A stretch of 64,000 nt of DNA, taken from assembly GCA_026418175.1 (NCBI GenBank), contig JAOABX010000001.1:68957-132956 (forward strand), read 5' to 3'. Below are positions 58,258-64,000 of this stretch, one piece after another (position 1 is the stretch's first letter; every line of letters starts with the position of its first letter). The translations under genes and the position numbers were made by a program. Under the pieces are notes generated by a model. The model worked only from the letters and a program-made list of their open reading frames with translations, was not told the origin of the DNA and did not search any database. The DNA comes from Flavobacteriales bacterium. Its GTDB lineage: Bacteria > Bacteroidota > Bacteroidia > CAIKAF01.

Positions 58258-60840
58258 ATGACAAAAAAATCAATTCTGCTTTTGATAAAACGCATTTCTA
58301 TTGCGTTTGCAGGATTTGTATTACTTATAATAATCGCAACGTTTGTTCTCCTTTATTTTTTTCAAGACCGTTTAATTCGTTTGGCCATAGATGAAATCAA
58401 TCAAAACCTAAATACAAAAATAGAAGTAGAGCAGATTGATCTTACGTTATGGAAAAAATTTCCACAAGCTTCACTTCAGTTTAAAAATGTACGTTGTGAT
58501 GAGGTAACCGAACAGCCTGAAAAAAAGAAATTGCTTAAAGCTGAATCAGTTTTTTTGTCATTTGATATTTGGGATTTCTTTACCGGGAATTATACTTTTA
58601 AACGAATTGATATAGTGAATGCCAACGCGTACCTTCGGATTAATAAAAAGGGAACGACCAATTTTGATATACTTAAAAAACAGCAGCAAAAAACTAAGAA
58701 TGTTAAATCTGGCCAGACTTTTCAGTTCAACAAAGTTATGTTGAAAAACGTATTAGTAGATTTTGAGAATGAGAAACTTCAGCATGTAGTGCAAGTTACC
58801 GTTCAACAACTTGATTTAAAAGGTAAATTTTCAGAAAAACGTCATACTTCGAGATTACGTGGTAAATTTTTTATTGACCGATTGGTGCTTCATGATGAAA
58901 CGTATATGCAACATCGACACGTTGAATTAAATATGGGTTTTGACAACAATACTGAAACCAAACAAATTACTATTGATAAAGGAAAGATTAGTATTGAAAA
59001 TTTAAATGTAGAAGCATCTGGTATTATTCGTACCGATAGTACTGGATATGTTGATCTAAACCTGGTAGGAAAAAAACTCAACATTCAATCTTTTATTTCA
59101 TTGTTACCAGGCGAATGGCGTAAGTTTGAAAATGAATACCAAAGTGAAGGTGAATTTTTCTTAAAAAGCTGGATTCGTGGCAATACTTCACATGGGAATG
59201 TTCCCGACATGGAAATTAATTTTGGAGTTCGCCAAGGGGCTGTGACATACAAGCCAACACAGACCCAAATGAAAAACTTAAATCTAACCGGTCGATTCGT
59301 TTCGGTGAAAAATGGCAGAGAGTGGGGGATGTATATAAATGATTTTGATGGTATATTAAAAAAATCAAAGCTCTCCGGAAAATTTAGTTATGAAATGCTG
59401 AATCATCCAGTAATGAAGTTTTCTGCCAAAGGGTCGGCAGATTTAGCTGAGATTTATGCTTTCATGCCAATACCAGGTATTTTGTCTATGCAGGGATTGA
59501 TAGAGTTGGATGTAGCTTTTGAAGGATCATCACATAATGCCCGCGAATTTACATTTAATGACTATCAACGCAGTTTGCTCAATGGAACAGCTAATCTAAA
59601 TAATGTTACTGTTCAAATGAAAAATCAACGTCATCCGTTTCGTGGTATGAATGGGACCTTGGAGTTTAATCGGAGTGATGCTACAATACGAAATTTAAGC
59701 GGTAATGTTGGAAGCTCTGACCTTACCCTGAATGGTTCAGTAAAAAATCTCCCGGCATATTTATTTGTTTCCGATGCTCCGCTTCAAATTGATGCAGATG
59801 CTCGTTCATCCAGCGTACTATTACATGAATGGTTAAGCAATGAAGAAAAGGAAAAACCAGTTGGTCAACCGGTACATGAATTTCGATTAAAATTACCGGA
59901 ACGAGTAAATGTATCTCTAAACATGCAAATTGACAAACTGGAATTTAATAAGTTCAGCGCTGAAAATATTCAGGGTATATTTACTTTCCGTAATCGCTCA
60001 TTACAAGCAGAATCAGTAACTATGCATGCTTTTGGTGGGCTTGTAAAACTTAGTGGTATTGCTAATGGCAAAGAAGAATCATTTATTCGAGTTAATGTTG
60101 AAGCATCGCTTCAGGGAATTCAATTAAACAGGCTGTTTTATGAATGTGGGAATTTTGGCCAAAAAACCATTACTCACGAAAATTTAAACGGGAATGTAGA
60201 TGCTTTTATCATCATGAGTATGCATTTTACAGATGCATTAAAAGCGGAGTTGCCTTCAGTATTAGTTAATTCGCAACTTACCATACAAAATGGAGAGTTG
60301 ATTCGTTTAAAATCGCTGGATGCATTATCAAAATTTATCCGGGTAGAAGAATTGCGCCATGTTAAATTTGCAACGTTAACCAATCAAATTCGTATTGAAA
60401 ATGAAACCGTCATAATTCCCGAAATGCAAATTAATTCATCGGCTATAAATCTTGTTTTGTCAGGTACTCATACATTTAAAAATCAGATTGATTATCGCTT
60501 TAATGTGCTTTTGAAAGATTTGTTGGCTCAAAAATTTAAGAAGAATCGAAAGCAGCAGGAGTTTGGAGAAATTATCGAAGAAGAGGGAACCGGAGCCAGA
60601 CTCTACTTGAAAATGACAGGTACTGCCGATGATCCTATTGTGGCTTTTGATACAAAAGGTGTACGAGAAAAGATAAAACAGGATTTGAAAGAAGAAAAGA
60701 AAGATTTAAAACAAATGTTGTACGAAGAATTTGGTTGGTTTAAAAAAGATACAACCATTCGTAAAGAAAATCTTTTACCCCCAAAACAGCGAAATAATAA
60801 AAACAAAATCAACAATTCGGATGACTTTGAGTTTGAATAA
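58258..60840 (+). CDS. AsmA-family outer-membrane assembly protein
   Basis: 860 aa with an N-terminal transmembrane anchor and AsmA-like N- and C-terminal regions. Confidence 0.7.
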   Translation: MTKKSILLLIKRISIAFAGFVLLIIIATFVLLYFFQDRLIRLAIDEINQNLNTKIEVEQIDLTLWKKFPQASLQFKNVRCDEVTEQPEKKKLLKAESVFLSFDIWDFFTGNYTFKRIDIVNANAYLRINKKGTTNFDILKKQQQKTKNVKSGQTFQFNKVMLKNVLVDFENEKLQHVVQVTVQQLDLKGKFSEKRHTSRLRGKFFIDRLVLHDETYMQHRHVELNMGFDNNTETKQITIDKGKISIENLNVEASGIIRTDSTGYVDLNLVGKKLNIQSFISLLPGEWRKFENEYQSEGEFFLKSWIRGNTSHGNVPDMEINFGVRQGAVTYKPTQTQMKNLNLTGRFVSVKNGREWGMYINDFDGILKKSKLSGKFSYEMLNHPVMKFSAKGSADLAEIYAFMPIPGILSMQGLIELDVAFEGSSHNAREFTFNDYQRSLLNGTANLNNVTVQMKNQRHPFRGMNGTLEFNRSDATIRNLSGNVGSSDLTLNGSVKNLPAYLFVSDAPLQIDADARSSSVLLHEWLSNEEKEKPVGQPVHEFRLKLPERVNVSLNMQIDKLEFNKFSAENIQGIFTFRNRSLQAESVTMHAFGGLVKLSGIANGKEESFIRVNVEASLQGIQLNRLFYECGNFGQKTITHENLNGNVDAFIIMSMHFTDALKAELPSVLVNSQLTIQNGELIRLKSLDALSKFIRVEELRHVKFATLTNQIRIENETVIIPEMQINSSAINLVLSGTHTFKNQIDYRFNVLLKDLLAQKFKKNRKQQEFGEIIEEEGTGARLYLKMTGTADDPIVAFDTKGVREKIKQDLKEEKKDLKQMLYEEFGWFKKDTTIRKENLLPPKQRNNKNKINNSDDFEFE

Positions 60841-61384
60841 ATCGAGATTTATTATCGGAATATTGCTTCTTTTTGCCTGTCGTACTCCGTATTTTATTCG
60901 ACCAGTAATAGCTGATAAAAATTTAAATAGAGCAGTATTTTTAGTTCGGATGAATGATATAATAGCTGAGGATGGCGTGGTTGAAAAACTTGGAAATGTT
61001 TTTCATGAAGGTGGTTTTACACCGGTAATTCCTTTTTTTACAAATGCATTTCTTACTTCTGAAAAAGTAGAAACAATTTTTAAGGCAGATAGTGTTGCCA
61101 TTCGCCAATTAAAAATTCCAATTTCTGTATCATGGCTTGTATTAGCTCATTTTAAGCACTATGCTATTGAGAATACAAGTGCCAATAATGGCTTGTATGA
61201 AATGTCATGTATGGTTGAAATAAAACTTATTAGTGTCCAAAGTGGACAAATCATTAGAACCTGGAAATTTTCTGAGAGCGGAATTCATTCAGAGTTTGAT
61301 CTGGCCACCCAACTATCGCTTAGTAATCTTTGGACACATCTTCAAAAAAATTTAATATATGAATTAAAATCGCTGTTACCTTAA
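60821..61384 (+). CDS. Lipoprotein of unknown function
   Basis: Start MTLSLNKSRFIIGILLLFACRTP (lipobox) overlaps the AsmA stop in a different frame. The six-frame ORF begins earlier, at 60731. Confidence 0.45.
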   Translation: MTLSLNKSRFIIGILLLFACRTPYFIRPVIADKNLNRAVFLVRMNDIIAEDGVVEKLGNVFHEGGFTPVIPFFTNAFLTSEKVETIFKADSVAIRQLKIPISVSWLVLAHFKHYAIENTSANNGLYEMSCMVEIKLISVQSGQIIRTWKFSESGIHSEFDLATQLSLSNLWTHLQKNLIYELKSLLP

Positions 61385-61608
61385 TAAATATATCCCTCAA
61401 TAAAAATTTTTGTTAAAAACGTAGCTCGTCACATTATATATATTGTTTCAAATCACAATAATTTCGTGTGATAAATTACGGTGTTTTTAGGGTTTTCATC
61501 AAAAAATAATTCTGTAATTATACAAGAATAATATTCAAAGCCAATGAATTGATTTGGCTGGGTTGAGTAAGTGTCATTTAAGATTATTTCAACCTGATTT
61601 TTATTCCG

Positions 61609-63801
61609 ATGATTTACCCTTTTTTTCTTACGTTTGCTGGGATTAATTTTTATTGCATGAAAAAATATTGGTTGTTATTTGTTGTTACATTACTATTCAT
61701 TCGGTCACTTTGGGCAGTAGAAGGAATGTGGCTTCCTATTTTGCTCAAAGAAATTAATGAAAAAGAAATGAAGGCAATGGGTATGCGCATTAGTGCCGAA
61801 GATTTATATTCCATCAACCGTTCCAGCCTTAAAGATGCTGTATTTTTATTCGGGGGGGGGTGTACCTCTGAAATCATTTCTTCTCAGGGCTTATTGCTTA
61901 CTAATCATCATTGTGGGTATGGTCAAATTCAGTCACATAGCTCATTAAAAAATGATTACTTAAAATATGGATTTTGGGCAAAATCGCTTAAAGACGAACT
62001 TCCTAATAAAGGGCTTACTGCTACCCGAATTGTTCGTATGGAAAATGTTACAGATGATGTTTTAAAAGGCGCAATAAAGTCAGACGGTACTCTTGAGCAG
62101 TCCATTGTAGATGCAAACAGCAAACGAATTGCCCAGCAAAGTGTACAAGGTACACATTATGAAGCTTCAGTTAAGCCTTTTTATTATGGCAATGAATATT
62201 ATCTTTTTATTACTGAAACCTTTAAAGATATCCGTTTAGTTGGCACACCTCCATCGTTCATTGGTAAATTTGGTGGCGATACAGATAACTGGATGTGGCC
62301 GCGTCACACCGGTGATTTTGCAGTATTCAGAATATATGCCGGTGTTGATAACAAACCGGCTGAATACAGCGAAAATAATGTTCCATACAAACCGCTTCAT
62401 CATTTTCCCATTTCACTTAAAGGGGTACAGCCCAATGATTTTACTTTGGTGTATGGATTCCCCGGACGTACTCAGCAATACCTGCCTTCTGCCATGGTAA
62501 AGCTCACTATGAATGATTTGAACCCGATACGTATCCAGATTCGGCAGAAAGCCTTATCAGTAATAGATAAAGCAATGGCCAGCAGCGATGAGTTACGTAT
62601 AAAATATGCAGCCAAACAATCGCGAATTAGTAATGCATACAAAAAATGGATTGGTGAAAATCGAGGATTGAAAAAATTAGATGCTATTCGAATCAAACAG
62701 GAATGGGAGAGCCGATACTTGCAGGCCGTAAAAGGTACTCCATACGAATCATTGGTTCAACAGTTTAATAATTTGGTTGAAAACTTCAGGCCTTACGCCC
62801 TAGCCAATGATTATTACAATGAGTTCATCTTCTCAGGACCTGAAATTATTCGTTACACAAATAACTATGTAAAATTTATTAAATCTTATCAAGAACTAAA
62901 ATCTAAAGGAGAACTTGATAAACAAATTCAAGCTTTAAAATCAAGCGCTGAAGGTTATTTTAAAAATTATGATAAAGAAGTAGATCGTCAAATTATGTTG
63001 GCGGTGCTTCCTGTTTTTACTTCTGGATTGGATGTTGAAATGTTCCCTCAGGTCTTAAAGGATGAACTTTCGAAATATAAAAATGATATTCCTGCTATGA
63101 CAAATAGTTTATATGCTACCACCTTGTTTGCAGATAAAAATAAAATTTTGGGCTGGCTTGAAAATGTTAATGAAAAGTCTATTAAAAAAATGATGGCAGA
63201 TCCCATGTATAAAATTACTGATAACTTGTATCAAACCTATCAAGATAAAATTGATAAAGTGTATAAAGAGTACTTTGATAAAATACAAACTGCCATGTTT
63301 GCATTTCTCAAATCTTTACGCAAGTATTTGCCTAATGATCGTCGTTATTATCCCGATGCTAATAGTACACTGCGTGTTTCTTATGGCAAAGTGGAGGGGT
63401 ATTCTCCCAAAGATGGGATTGTTTATCATTGGCAAACTACTGTTGATGGAATTATTCAGAAGTATATTCCTAATGATACTGAATTTGATTTGGATCAGCG
63501 ATTCATTGATTTGTATAAAAACAAAGATTATGGGCGCTATGGTTCCAATGGTACATTGCCTGTAGCTTTCACAGCATCTAATCACACAACCGGAGGTAAT
63601 TCTGGTAGTCCGGTACTAAATGCTAATGGTCATCTAATTGGCATAAATTTTGACCGTGCATGGGAAAGTACCATGAGTGATATTATGTATGACCCGGAAC
63701 GTTGCAGAAATATTATATGCGATATACGATATGTGTTGTGGGTTATTGATAAATATGCTGATGCAACTCATTTGGTAAATGAAATGACAATAATTGAATA
63801 A
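61609..63801 (+). CDS. S46-family dipeptidyl-peptidase (DPP7/DPP11-like)
   Basis: Catalytic His motif LLTNHHCGYG, C-terminal Ser motif GGNSGSPV, and a helical insertion domain. The likely start is MKKYW (61658). Confidence 0.85.
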   Translation: MIYPFFLTFAGINFYCMKKYWLLFVVTLLFIRSLWAVEGMWLPILLKEINEKEMKAMGMRISAEDLYSINRSSLKDAVFLFGGGCTSEIISSQGLLLTNHHCGYGQIQSHSSLKNDYLKYGFWAKSLKDELPNKGLTATRIVRMENVTDDVLKGAIKSDGTLEQSIVDANSKRIAQQSVQGTHYEASVKPFYYGNEYYLFITETFKDIRLVGTPPSFIGKFGGDTDNWMWPRHTGDFAVFRIYAGVDNKPAEYSENNVPYKPLHHFPISLKGVQPNDFTLVYGFPGRTQQYLPSAMVKLTMNDLNPIRIQIRQKALSVIDKAMASSDELRIKYAAKQSRISNAYKKWIGENRGLKKLDAIRIKQEWESRYLQAVKGTPYESLVQQFNNLVENFRPYALANDYYNEFIFSGPEIIRYTNNYVKFIKSYQELKSKGELDKQIQALKSSAEGYFKNYDKEVDRQIMLAVLPVFTSGLDVEMFPQVLKDELSKYKNDIPAMTNSLYATTLFADKNKILGWLENVNEKSIKKMMADPMYKITDNLYQTYQDKIDKVYKEYFDKIQTAMFAFLKSLRKYLPNDRRYYPDANSTLRVSYGKVEGYSPKDGIVYHWQTTVDGIIQKYIPNDTEFDLDQRFIDLYKNKDYGRYGSNGTLPVAFTASNHTTGGNSGSPVLNANGHLIGINFDRAWESTMSDIMYDPERCRNIICDIRYVLWVIDKYADATHLVNEMTIIE

Positions 63802-63820
63802 CTTTGGAAAAAAATTTGAT

Positions 63821-64000
63821 ATGAAAAGATTAGTTTTTTTCTTATTACTTGCTGCAATGGGTTCTTCAGGATGCGATACATTAACCGGAACTTTTACTGC
63901 TAATATTAATGGTCAGGCCTGGAATCCTCCTTTACCAGTTGCAGTTAGAACAGGAAATAGATATACCATTACCGCTGCTTCTTCCGATAAGCAAATGATA
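63821..64000 (+). CDS. 5' end of a lipoprotein gene that continues beyond the window
   Basis: MKRLVFFLLLAAMGSSGCDT lipobox. The frame is open to the end of the window. Confidence 0.35.
   Translation, partial: MKRLVFFLLLAAMGSSGCDTLTGTFTANINGQAWNPPLPVAVRTGNRYTITAASSDKQMI

Noticed and set aside
60731-60820. N-terminal 30 codons of the 217-aa ORF overlapping the end of the AsmA gene
   Set aside because: This is a different frame inside the AsmA CDS. The lipoprotein signal peptide begins at the internal ATG (60821), so the shorter start was adopted.
1-64000. Search for tRNA, rRNA, transposase/IS or integrase genes
   Set aside because: No conserved tRNA T-arm motifs (GTTCGAATC-type), rRNA-like stretches or DDE/tyrosine-recombinase ORFs were seen, so none is reported. 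A proper tRNAscan/Infernal run would be needed to be certain.

Overview
The window is a 64-kb chromosomal segment from a Bacteroidota-type genome of roughly 40% GC. The phylum call rests on GldF/GldG gliding genes, many T9SS C-terminal sorting domains, a PorV-like β-barrel gene and weak ribosome-binding sites. Most of it is densely packed housekeeping genes: greA, dnaN, phoH, purC, lepA, gatB, gap, both methylmalonyl-CoA mutase subunits, a mevalonate-pathway cluster, and a DPP4/POT/AbgT peptide-uptake block. No tRNA, rRNA, CRISPR array or transposase was seen. Three patches look accessory.

1. 11.8-16.4 kb: a tail-fibre-like secreted protein of about 1,020 aa carrying a peptidase-S74 intramolecular-chaperone domain and a T9SS C-terminal domain, split by a frameshift in an A6/T6 homopolymer. 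Next to it are a markedly low-GC gene with a type-B T9SS domain, a diverged fragment of the tail-fibre-like gene, and a C10 homopolymer tract.

2. 31.2-35.6 kb: two paralogous T9SS cargo proteins, one with SBBP β-propeller repeats and tandem Ig-like repeats, followed by a LytTR pseudogene remnant.

3. 55.4-58.3 kb: a minus-strand cassette made of an HTH-WYL-WCX regulator (BrxR/CapW-like) followed by three tightly coupled small genes. Two are long coiled-coil proteins and one is a Cys-motif protein, and none has a recognisable family. The cassette is flanked by unusually long AT-rich non-coding DNA and has a perfect palindrome at the first small gene's start. This is the best candidate here for an undescribed WYL-controlled system, possibly defence- or toxin-like.
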